NCBI RefSeq assembly: GCF_009914755.1
Contig: NC_060945.1
Direction: 5' to 3' (one strand)
Length of the DNA stretch: 64,000 bases
From: the human T2T-CHM13v2.0 reference genome, Homo sapiens
Every line of letters starts with the position of its first letter. Position 1 is the stretch's first letter. The position numbers were made by a program, and so were the translations under genes. Below are positions 18,148 to 32,199 of this stretch, in pieces. Below the pieces are notes generated by a model. It made no database searches. It was not told where the DNA came from and saw only the letters and a list, made by a program, of their open reading frames with translations.

Positions 18148-19970
18148 GCTCTCCCTCTCCCTCTCCCTCTCCCTCTCCCCATGGTCCCCCTCTCCCCACG
18201 GTCTCCCTCTCCCTCTCTTTCCACGGTCTCGCTCTGATGCCGAGCCAAAGCTGGACTGTACTGCTGCCATCTCGGCTCACTGCAACCTCCCTGCCTGATT
18301 CTCCTGCCTCAGCCTGCCAAGTGCCTGCGATTACAGGCGCGCGCCGCCACGCCCGACTGGTTTTCGTACTTTTTTGGTGGAGACGGGGTTTCGCTGTGTT
18401 GGCCGGGCTGGTCTCCAGCTCCTAACCGCAAGTGATCTGCCAGCCTCGGCCTCCCAAGGTGCCGGGTTTGCAGACGGAGTCTGGTTCACTCAGTGCTCAA
18501 TGATGCCCAGGCTGGAGTGCAGTGGCGTGATCGTGGCTCGCTACAACCTCCACCTCCCAGCCACCTGCCTTGGCCTCCCAAAGTGCCGAGATTGCAGCCT
18601 CTGCCCGGCCGCCACCCCGTCTGGGAAGTGAGGAGCGTCTCTGCCCAGCCGCCCATCGTCTGGGACGTGAGGAGCCGCTCTGCCTGGCTGCCCAGTCTGG
18701 AAAGTGAGGAGCGTCTCTGCCCGGCCGCCATCCCATCTAGGAAGTGAGGAGCGCCTCTTCCCAGCCGCCATCCCATCTAGGAAGTGAGGAGCGCCTCTTC
18801 CCAGCCGCCATCCCATCTAGGAAGTGAGGAGCGTCTCTGCCCGGCCGCCCATCGTCTGAGATGTGGGGAGCACCTCTGCCCCGCCGCCCCGTCTGGGATG
18901 TGAGGAGCGCCTCTGCCCGGCCGCGACCCCGTCTGGGAGGTGAGGAGCATCTCTGCCCGGCCGCCCCATCTGAGAAGTGAGGAGACCCTCCACCTGGCAA
19001 CTGCCCCGTCTGAGAAGTGAGGAGCCCCTCCGCCCGGCAGCCACCCCGTCTGGGAAGTGAGGAGCATCTCTGCCCGGCAGCCACCCCATCCAGGAGGGAG
19101 GTGGGGGTCAGCCCCCGCCAGGCCAGCTGCCCCGTCCGGGAGGGAGGTGGGGGGGTCAGCCCCCCGCCCAGCCAGCTGCCCCGTCCGGGAGGTGAGGGGC
19201 ACCTCTGCCCAGCCGCCCCTACTGGGATGTGAGGAGCCCCTCTGCCCGGCCACCACCCCCTCTGGGAGGTGTACCCAACAGCTCATTGAGAACCGGCCGG
19301 GATGACAATGGCGGTTTTGTGGAATAGAAAGGGGGGAAAGGTGGGGAAAAGATTGAGAAATCGGATGGTTGCCGTGTCTGTGTAGAAAGAAGTAGACATA
19401 GGAGACTTTTCATTTTGTTCTGTACTAAGAAAAATTCTTCTGCCTTGGGATCCTGCTAATCGGTGACCTTACCCCCAACCCTGTGCTCTCTGAAACATGT
19501 GCTGTGTCCACTCAGAGTTGAATGGATTAAGGGCGGTGCAAGATGTGCTTTGTTAAACAGATGTTTGAAGGCAGCATGCTCGTTAAGAATCATCACCACT
19601 CCCTAATCTCAAGTACCCAGGGACACAAACACTGCTGAAGGCCGCAGGGTCCTCTGCCTAGGAAAACCAGAGACCTTTGTTCACTTGTTTATCTGCTGAC
19701 CTTCCCTCCACTATTGTCCTATGACCCTGCCAAATCCCCCTCTGCGAGAAACACCCAAGAATGATCAATAAAAAATAAATAAAAATTAAAAAAAAGAGAG
19801 AGAGAGATTAAAAGTCAAAAAATAAAAAAAAAATAAAAAACATAAAAAGAAATAAAAAAGGAGGATGTAAGAATAATTTAAGGTATATTATGCAAGTATC
19901 CACAAAATGAATTTTAATAGAAAATAAATTTAAATTCTGGGTACCCATGCCTAATATTTCCAAAAAAAAA
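18148..19970 (+). mobile_element. Full-length SVA retrotransposon (SVA_D-like) with 3' transduction
   Basis: (CCCTCT)n head ~18149-18178, Alu-like ~18180-18600, GC-rich VNTR ~18600-19270, SINE-R to AATAAA at 19767-19772; perfect 15-bp TSD GAAAATAGGAAGAGA at 18133-18147 and 19971-19985. Confidence 0.97.
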
Positions 19971-21575
19971 GAAAATAGGAAGAGAAATTCAAACTATCTC
20001 TCTTTATAGGTGATATAATTCTATGCCTAGAAAACCCAAAGGCTCCAAGATTTGATAATCAACTTCAGCAAAGTTTTAGGATACAAAATCAATGTACAAA
20101 ATCAGTAGCATTTCTATACAGCAATAATGTCAAAGCTGAGAGTCAAATCAAGAACACAATCCCATTCACAACAGCCATAAGAAGATTAAAATGCCTAGGA
20201 ATACAGCTAATCAAGGAGGTGAAGGATCTCGGCAATGAAAATTACAAAACACTACTCAAGGAAACCAGAGATGGTACAAACAAATGGAAAAACATTTCAC
20301 GCTTATGGATAGAAAGAATCAATATTGTTAAAATGACCATACTTCCCAAAGCAAATTATAGATTCAATGCTATTCCTATCAAACTCCCAATGACATTTTT
20401 CATAGAATTAGGAAAAAAATTCTAAAATTTACTTGAAACCAAAACAAGAGACAAAACAGCCAAAGCAATCTTAAGAGAAAAGAACAGAGCTGGAGACATC
20501 ACACTACCCAACTTCAAACTATAGTACAAGGCCATAATAACTAAAACAGCATGGTACTGGTACTAAAACAGACACGTCAACCAATGGAACAGGTTAGAGA
20601 ACCCAGAAATAAAGCCACAACCCTACAACTATCTGATCTTCAACAAAGCTGACAATAACAAGCAATGGGGAAAGACTTCCTGTTCAATAATGGTGCTGGG
20701 GTAACTGGCTACTCATATGCAGAATATTAAAATTGAACAACTACATTTCACCATATATAAAAATCAACTCAAGATGCATTAAAGACTTAAATGTAAAACC
20801 TAAAACAATAAAATTCTGAGTAGAAAACCTAGAAAGTACCATTCTGGTCATCAGCCCTGGTAAGACTTCATGAAGAAAATTTCAAAAGCAGTTGCAACAA
20901 AAATAAAAATTGACAAGTGGATTAAGCTAAGGAGCTTCTGCACAGCAAAAGAAACTATCAACAGACAACATATAGAATAAGAAAATATATTTGCAAACTA
21001 TGCATTCAATAAATATCTAATGTCCAGAATCTGTAAGGAACTTAAACAATTGAACAAGAAAAAAACAAATAACTCCATTAAATGGACAAAAGATATAAAC
21101 AGACACTTCTCAAAGGAAGACATACATGTGGCCAACAAACATAGGAAAAAAAATGTTCCACGTCACTAATCATCAGAGAAGTACAAATCAAAACCACAAT
21201 GAGATACCATCTCACACCAATCAGAATAGCTATTATTAAAAAATAAAAAATAAAGAACAGATGCTGGCGAGGCTACAGAGGGAAGCAAATGCTTGTACAC
21301 TGTTTCTTCCAGCCACTGTAGAAACCAGTCTGGAGATTTCTCAAAGAACTTGAAACAGAACTACCATTGGAACCAGCAACCCCATTACTAGGTATATATG
21401 CGGAAGAAAACAAATCATTCTACCAAAAAGACACAGGAACTCACGTATTTATTTCAGCACTATTCACAATAGTAAAGACATGTAATTAACCCAAGTATGC
21501 CTCAACAGTGGGTTGGATAAAGAAAATATGGTATATATATACCATGGAATCCTGTGCAGCCATAAAAAGAACAAA

Positions 21576-21809
21576 TCACGAGGTCAGGAGATCAAGACCA
21601 CCCTGGCTAACACGGTGAAACCCTGTCTCTACTAAAAATACAAAAAAATAGCCAGGCGAGGTGGCGGGCGCCTGTAGTCCCAGCTACTCGGGAAGCTGAG
21701 GCAGGAGAATGGCGTGAACCCCGGGGGACGGAGCCTGCAGTGAGCCAAGATTGCGCCACTGCACTCCAGCCTGGGCGACAGCGAGACTCTGTCTCAAAAA
21801 AAAAAAAAA
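21576..21809 (+). mobile_element. 5'-truncated AluYe5-like element
   Basis: Diagnostics GGCGAGGTGGCGGG, GAACCCCGGGGG-CGGAGCCTGCAG, GCGACAGCGAGACTC; TSD AAAAAGAACAAA at 21564-21575 and 21810-21821. Confidence 0.85.
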
Positions 21810-22184
21810 AAAAAGAACAAACCATTTTCTTTGCTGCACCATGGATGCAAGTGAAGGCCATTATCCTAAACAAATTATGCAGGAACAGAAAACCAAATAT
21901 CACATGTCCTCACTTATAAGTGGGAGCTAATCATTGGGTACTCATGGACACAAAGATGACAACAATAGAACTGGGCAATACTAGAGGGGGAAAGGAGGGA
22001 TGGTCACAAAAGTTAACAAACTAACTATTGGGTATCATGCTCACTATCCGGATGATGTGATCATTCATAACCCAAGCCCCATCATCTCGCAATATTCCCA
22101 GATAACAAACCTGCACATGTACCCCTGAATCTAAAATAAAAGTTTTAAAAAAGAGAAAAACAACAAAACAACAATTGACTTTAA

Positions 22185-24416
22185 AAAATAAAGACTTTGT
22201 GTTTTATCCAAATGATTTTCTTTGTTGTCTTTATTAGATTTTTGATTATTTAGGAAAATTGAGCTTTAAAAAAGTTAAGGACTTTTTACATCTATTTAAC
22301 TTTATTGCTTTTGCAGTTTTTTTAATTATAACCCTGATTAAATGAGTAACTATTGTTTCACCGCGACTTATGATCTTGTTTTGATCAAGTGTTTTAAGCA
22401 CTTAATAGTGCTTGAAAGTGCATCTTTCATAGGCTTCCCCAATATCCAAATTCAAAATTAAGTCTTTTTAACCTAAAGTTAGCTTAGAAACTTTCTTGTT
22501 GGTGCCCTGAAGATCTTCAAAGGATGTATGTATTCATTTGTGTAGATAATAAATGATTCATATTATTTAGTAAATTATATGAGAAGTATTATTGTCAGTT
22601 ACATTTATGGGTATGTTATTGATATAAATGTTCCAAACTTGTATGAAAATCTTAAAAATCTGATATGACATCAGAAATAATTCTGGTTATTATGTTGTAT
22701 CCATAAAAAATAACCAAAGTCCCCTGTCAATTGCTAATTAAACTTCCATTAGATTTTTAACCATTGCTATTTTAAGTCTCTGTCACCCACAGTTATTGTT
22801 TTTCTTTTTCAGTAAAAGTATTTGCACTCAGATTGATGGAAAAAAGTCTAAGTACACTTAAATATAAGTTTCTAATAACTCTAAGATTTATGAACATAAT
22901 AAAAATTTTCCAGAACTCTAAGAAAGAAATTAATGGGTTCCTGCAACTGCAAATTAAGATCAAACAAAATTTAAAAATTAATTATATGATATGAAATAAC
23001 ATCTGAGGATAACATTTTTATAACTTTTATTTGAAACATTCTTGGTTCTTCGGTGTTCTGTTTTTCACATTTAGGGAAATTTTCTCTCTTAAGCTATCTA
23101 TTGTTTACATCAGTTTGGCAAAGCACATTTTTATGAACAAAGCTGGAAACATTTGCTTTTTCTCCTTACTTGATCTTCCAAAATTCAAAAGTTATCCATG
23201 AGTATTATTTTTTTGGGGGGACAAAATCATTATTTTCAGAAGTTTAATAAGAATCTACATTCTTTATAACAAGATACAATTGGAAACACTGGTGACATTA
23301 CCAAGGTTTTGATTAAAATGTTATATCTGAGAACGTGCATTGAATGTCTAACTTCAAGAATTCATAACCCTACAGTGAATGAATAAAAACTGTCAATTCC
23401 TGGCATGCCCAGAAACCTTAAGACTCTGGGTAGAATCTAAAGTCTGTTTTGCTTTGGCTTTCTAGCCTCTAGAGGCCTCTTAAAAACCTCCTGAGGTTTT
23501 TAAATCTGAGATTCCTATATGATCAATGTAGAGAGAAAAAGTTATGTTCCTAAAAGGAAGACTATACTATACCTATTAATAGACTGTAGCCCTGTGCATC
23601 ATTTTAAATTTCTTTTCATCTGTCTGTAGTAGGCTGGACCAAATCCTAAATTATTCTAGGTTCCTCTTTCCAACTTTATTTCACAAAATTACTAAAAATG
23701 AAAGCTTCTGTTTCTGAAGCCCTATTAGCTGAAGCTAGATAAATTTTAAGAGGCAAGTCTTGTGCCTGATGTATGCCTCATACAAAACGTTCACCAAACT
23801 GCTTAATGACATAACCAGAGACATTCAAACTGCAAGCCAGTATAAGAACTTGACAGCTTCACACTCTAGACAGCTTTTCTCAAGATGTCAAAATAAGATT
23901 CCACATCATAATGAGACTCTTTCCTCTCTTAATGCCTATCTTTTTCACTTGGCAGGATAATGTTCAATGCATTTATTCAACTGGTTGCCTGTAAGCCTAA
24001 ATACTTGGCTCGAAACCATTATGCAAACTGAGATTGTAATATTACTATTAATTTTACTTTGTATTTTCCCTTTTTAAACTTTATATCATTATTTGTTAAA
24101 TTTTTGCTGAAGTACAACTCTTAACAGAATAATGCTGGCCCAGCACTTTGAGATGATAGTAACAAAATTGAACTTAACAATGGACTCCAAGTAGACTTAG
24201 CCTGAGAGCCACATCCCTTCAAACCTCCCTTACTGCTCAAAGGTGGCTAAAAGGGTTTCGACACTGCTTCTAGCTGTCATTCACTCTCTCCAGCATGGAC
24301 CCAGACCAGCAACCAGAGACAGGTTCATCCCAGCACTGAAGAACAATTAAAACCTAACTACAGGATGATTTGCTAGAGATGCTTCTGGGGAAAAATTTTG
24401 ATCAAAAGAGGAAACA
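22185..24416 (+). mobile_element. MER65-like (MER4-group ERV1) internal region, 3' part
   Basis: AT-rich MER4-group internal text ending in polypurine tract GATCAAAAGAGGAAA immediately before the LTR. Confidence 0.7.
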
Positions 24417-25166
<750 letters not shown>

Positions 25167-27135
25167 ATTCAGCATGCCCCATAGTAAACTGCAAGAAAAT
25201 CCTTGAACAAGGAGAATCGGTGTGCTTTTATTGAAGGCAGCAAAGAAGCAGGTGTTTCGGGAGACTATTCCTCACGCTGAAGTCAATGGACAGAGAAAAG
25301 AACTGGAAGATTTCTCAAGCAGAAATGATCAACAGGCTGAGTTTTGGCATCTGTTTTATGCTTCAAGAAAGAAAAAGAAGGAATTGGTCCAGATATAGGG
25401 AACCCAAATGCCAAGCAGTTGAAAGTAGGTGAAGTATGTGCAGAACCCCCACCCATGTGACAGAAGAACAATGACTTGAGTAGTTAGGTAGAGCACTGTC
25501 TCTGCCCCCCCACCCCACCATTTATGGCTTAGGTTGTACTTCTTAATAAACTTGCAGATCATGGAAAAGCCAGAGCTTTAGGTGATGAGGCTGCAGCCAG
25601 TACAAGAGGTATTGTCAGAAATCACAAAAAAAAAAAACAAAAAAAACCACAATGGTTATTTCAGCAGGCGTAACTGGAAAGTTATAGAGGATATAGTTTC
25701 ATTTCTTTTATTGTATAATTTCATGGGATTTAATGTAATGCAATATTAGTCATTTTTACTTTTTTGTATGTGTTCTTTTGTATTTTTAGAAGACAGTTAT
25801 TAAATTAGTATCATCAGAGTCAGCAAAATAGAATGTGAAAAGTGCAAGACAAGTATGACATTTCTACCTTACTGCCATTCCACCATACAAGGCACTCTTC
25901 TGAGCTCAATTACTATTTGAGCCACCAAACTCTCTTACCTTGCTCTGTTTCTATTAGTATTTCCATTATTATATTTATTATTTATATTACTATAATACAT
26001 AATATAATACATATTATATGATGATTTTTAATTTTATATTTTATAACTATAATGCAGATAAACAGTATCATATTATTACAAATTATTAATTATTCTATTT
26101 TATTATTGTATCTTATTCAGTCACTTTCCCTTGCTTTGATCCATAATAGCCCTTGCATATTTCAATATCTTATACTCCAAAATATATGCATTTGGGGTGA
26201 GTTAGATAAATAAGTCCATTTCTATAGGAAATAAAATTTTAGTTTACAAGAATTGAAAAGTTGCTCCCTCTCATATGAGTAGAAATCACTCCAGGAAAAA
26301 ATATGCAACTCACCCTAAAATGCTGCAAGACCTGCCTTTGGCAGTGACGTTTTTTTTGTGCTGTGTATTCACTAAATTCTTTGGAGCCCTGTTGTATGGG
26401 GCAGAACATTTGGATATGTTTTGATAAGTCAAGTTCAGTGTGACCTCTTATGCTCTCAATTATTAAGAAGATTACTAGCTTAAAATGTCTACAAATATTT
26501 TGTAGAAGGGAAGACAAATGGCTGTAAGCAACAAGATAAATAATTACTATTCCAAAACTGAAACTAATCAGGTTGGAAAAGGTAATTTATTGCTCCAAAA
26601 ATGTGCAAAAGGAGATCACATCAGCATAGATTGATGAAAGTATTATCAAATAATTGAAATATCTTGCATGTGATCATTATTTGGGACACACTGATAGTTT
26701 TCAATATGATTTTTTCATATTAACTATCAATGTGTTAATTTATTTCCTTAAATAAAAATTAGTTGCAAAAAGCAACCAGAATGTTATTGGTGATTGATTA
26801 GTCAAAAAAAAAAGCCCAATGTTCTTTTTGTCATACAAACAAAATTTGGTTCTGGATGGTCATGGAAGTAGGTAAGCTAAAGCATATAGAATTTAAAAGC
26901 TTTGAAGAGACTGGAAAATTAGAGCTGTCTTCCTGAAACTGAGTAAGTTCAGTTGATTTTTGAGGAAGTCATGAAATTTGGGGAGGGTTACTGGGGTGAT
27001 TTCGAGGAGACCCAGAGAAAAGGTTTAAACACATTTTTATAACTTAAAGAAAATAATCAAAGTATGTTTAATACTGTATCTAAAAGTGTAACATTGAAGC
27101 CAGACAAGAGTGAATTCAAAACCCAGCTTCCAGGG

Positions 27136-27267
27136 TTGCTTCTCATTTCTTATCTCATTTATTATTGCACATGCCAATTTAATGGCAATTGCACATGCCA
27201 ATTTAATGGCAATTGCACATGCCAATTTAATGGCATGTGCAATAAATGAGAGAGAAATGAGAAACAA
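27136..27267. repeat. Imperfect inverted repeat with 3 x 24-bp tandem core
   Basis: ATTGCACATGCCAATTTAATGGCA at 27164, 27188 and 27212; arms 27136-27176 and 27231-27267 are reverse complements with few mismatches. Confidence 0.93.
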
Positions 27268-27820
27268 TTAGCTATTAATTTTTACTGTTGTTACATAAAG
27301 ATGAGTTTTTGTTGTTACATAAAGATACTTTTTATTATGATAATTAAGAGTCTAAAAAAGATATTGCTATTCACCTATCTGATGATGTTTTTTATTAAGC
27401 CTACATTTAACAACATATTTTCCTCCCAAGGACAAAAACTTAACATTTTACTGCTTCTTTTAACCTTCCCTTTGTTTCTTTTACTCTTAACAAGATAACT
27501 TTATTCTTCTCCCTAAAGATGATCAAGCTTTGCAGGATAAATCAGAGAAAGTTCAGCACCTGCTCCCACCGTGATGTGTTTTGCAGCTTCTAAGAGAAAG
27601 GAGTACAGGGATACTTGTCCTGGTCACTCTCTGTAACTCCCGGGACAGAGATAGCACCAGCAAGAGTCCCTGTACAATGATCTTCCACTGTGGGAAAAAA
27701 ATATATAAAATAAAATAAAAACTGTTTATATCAGCTGATTCATTCATATGTTTTTACAAAGTACCAAACATTTATTGAACAACTACTATATGCCAGGACA
27801 CTGTATAAGGGCAGATGATT

Positions 27821-27822
<2 letters not shown>

Positions 27823-27868
<46 letters not shown>
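27823..27868. repeat. (GT)23 microsatellite
   Basis: Read directly; lies within an L2-like antisense fragment. Confidence 0.95.
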
Positions 27869-27872
<4 letters not shown>

Positions 27873-28119
27873 CACAGTAACTGTTTTTCAAAGTGACTCA
27901 TGGCCCAAGTTTTGGACAGAAATATGCTTTCAATATGTTACATTATTCAGTTATTTTGACTTTATGTTGCACCTAGGATTTTAATCCACTCAATATGAAT
28001 GTGGAATATAATAAAACAATAGCTTTTTATTAATAAAATTAAATTGTGGCATTATCATAAAATACAAGATTGAGTTCCTAATGTTTACACTACCTATCTT
28101 AAACATTTTGTGAAAGCAA

Positions 28120-28900
28120 GCTAATACAAATTCAATATCACTATTAAACAAGTTCATAAATTCATTGAAAATTATATAATTATAGAATAAACTGAAAATG
28201 TTATCAAAGACTACCTTCGAAAGGTGACAGGTAGTTTCAGAGGTGAATTTCTTCAAATGCTGATATATAATTCTTGTGTTATTTAAGCTATTTTTTATCT
28301 TACAGAAAGAAAGTAAATTCTTTATGTAAAATCATATTAGTAATACAAAAACACAAAAACTATAGACAGTCATCACTGAGTATGGGTTTTTAAATCCTAA
28401 GTAAAATATCTGTAAATAGAATCTTGTAGTAAAACTTGTAATTTGTCACAATTGTAAATCAAAAGAAAAAAATTATATGCTCCTAGTAGGAACTGAAAAC
28501 TTAATTTGTAAAATTTAGCTTCCATTCTTAGTTATATTTTTTGGAAAAAAACCTATATATAATATGAAAATAAATATGCACACATATATAAATAAAATAA
28601 AGTCATGCCTAATGGTGAGATTAAAACATTAATCTTACTAAATTCAGCAAATGGCAAAGATGCCTATAATTTTTATTATTATTCAACATTTTCCTACAAA
28701 TGTTAAATGCTATATTTCCTAGCCAATGAAATATAGCATTAAAAAATAAATGAGATTTAAAAATATTAAAGAGCAGAAGGAAGCACCACTGCAATTATCA
28801 ATGCTACAATTATATATCTACAAGCCCCAAATGAAAATCAACGAAAAATAGTAAGCTCAGAATGGTGACAAAGAGCAAACTTAAAATAGCTATAAATCAG
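28120..28900 (+). mobile_element. Degraded L1M ORF2 fragments
   Basis: AGGTGAATTTCTTCAAA; AAAAACTATAGACAGTCATCACTGAGTATGG; GGCAAAGATGCC...TTATTATTCAACATT. Confidence 0.4.
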
Positions 28901-30139
28901 CAGTCAGTTGGAGTGTCCCAGTCTCTTGAAATTCAGTTAAAATGAGCCATTTTATGCACTGTTGAAGCTCAAAGCTTACCTCAATTCGTTTTTAACTTCT
29001 AAGAGGTTTATGTTCTCATCCTCACATTTGACCCTGGGCTCTTGTTTTTGTATATGCTGTGTTTCTTTCCTTACTATATCATTTTACTTGAGTCTGAAGA
29101 TCATAGGAAATATTGAATATATAGGTTTTAAAATAGAAGTGTGCACAGAAACATAATTTATGAATTTACTCATTTTTCATCCATGCAAAAATCAGATAAC
29201 AGTTATAAAACTGTTAAATAAAAAAGGAAAACATAATCTCTCTTCAATTTTTGACTACTTATTGCAGGATAAATGGTATAATATTTAAAACTGAAACAGG
29301 AAGTCTCTTGTCCCTCATTTGGTAGAGTGCTTATTTTATAAGTTTTAAATTTACTGAAATGAAGGAAATTGTCAACTCTATTAAAGAAATACTCATGCTA
29401 TTGGAATCTTTGTAAAACAAGATTTCTCTTTTATATCTCTTGGAAATTCTTACTACAGATATGAGAAATATTTGAATTGAGTGTTTAAGCTGTAAATAAT
29501 GTGATCATCATTTCATGATCACATTAATTCAGTGTTACAAAACCATGTATTTTCTTCATTTTTATTTCACTTCAGATATCTTAATAAACTGATCTGCCTA
29601 GCTCAGCGTTCCTTGACAAGCTGTGAATGTTTTAAATTACTAAAACTATACTTAAAATGTCTTCTACAGAATACAGGGCAGAGATTTATTCTTGGGAAGA
29701 ATATCCTAAGGGAAAAAATGTTGCTTAAAGTAGTTCTTGTAGAAGAAATACTTTTGAGTAGATCTTTTAAAAGATTTTAATTAATTTAAAATCCAGTAAT
29801 TAACCAGAAAAAATATTTGAAAATGATGCAACATAAATTTTAAGCACAAAGCTCATTAAAAAAATTTTAATTTTCTTTTAAGACTCTCTTTTTTTAGTTA
29901 TTATTGGGTTGATTCTATGTGCCTGATATCAACCCTGTGTTCTTTGATCTGGACAAATTCTTCAAGCTAGTTAACTAGTCATTATTCAGGACAGTAACAC
30001 AAAGAGAAAGAGAAAATAACTGATATTTACTGAGTACTTACTTAACACTTGGGCTTCTACCAAGCACTTTTACATGTATATTTTTATCCACATGGTCATA
30101 GAGCACTGAGCTTAAGAAACCTGGATAAGATTAGGTGAA

Positions 30140-30591
30140 GCCAGAGTACAAAATAGGTATCAATAGATATAATGAGATTTATTATAAGGTATTATAAGGT
30201 ATGGGCTCACATGATTATGAAGGCAGAGAACCACCATGATCTGCATTCAACAAGCTGGAGACCCACAAAAGCCAGTGGTGTAATCTGAAGGCCTAAGAGT
30301 TGAGCAGAGAGCAGGAGAAAACCAATGGCCCAGTTCAAGCAGTCAGGTGGAGAGTGAATTTAACCTTCTTCCTCTTCTTTGTTCCATTTAGGCCCTTGAC
30401 CAGTTGGTTGATGCCAGTGGTGGACTGAGTAAGGCAGATGGCTCTGTTTCACTCTGCTTTTACCCAGTCTACCAATTCAAATACTACTCAGTTTCAAAAA
30501 GACTTTTACAGGTACACCAGAAATACTGCTTGACCAGCTATCTGGGCATCCTGTGGCCCAGTCAAGTTGATACGTAAAATTAACCATCACA
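30140..30591 (-). mobile_element. MLT2B-like ERVL LTR
   Basis: GGCTCACATGATTATGAAGGC...CAAGCTGGAGACCCA...GGCCCAGTCAAGTTGATACGTAAAATTAACCATCACA. Confidence 0.8.
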
Positions 30592-30611
30592 ATCACTGTG
30601 GATTTTTTTTG

Positions 30612-32070
<1,459 letters not shown>

Positions 32071-32199
32071 ATGTTGAGATTTAATGTCCAGAATCTCATT
32101 TGTTCACCTTTGAAAATTAAGAAACCCTGGCACAGTGTTGACTGGAGCCTCTTACCTTAATAGAAAATAAAGCTCACATATATCCATAATGAAAAGCAG

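Larger units (their letters stand above)
16122..22175 (+). mobile_element. L1PA15/16-like LINE-1 (ORF2 start to 3' end), interrupted by SVA and AluYe5
   Basis: Begins at ORF2 endonuclease (TGCTGTCTTCAAGAGATCCAC...GGCTCAAAGTAAAGGG); 3'UTR CTAACTATTGGGTATCATGCTCACTA...CCCCTGAATCTAAAATAAAAGTT. Confidence 0.88.

Noticed and set aside
18049-19413. Dense cluster of overlapping ORFs up to 169 aa
   Set aside because: All lie in the GC-rich SVA Alu-like and VNTR domains, which are stop-poor
27037-27267. ORFs with CTCQFNGN or IKLACAIA repeats
   Set aside because: Translation artefacts of the 24-bp triplication
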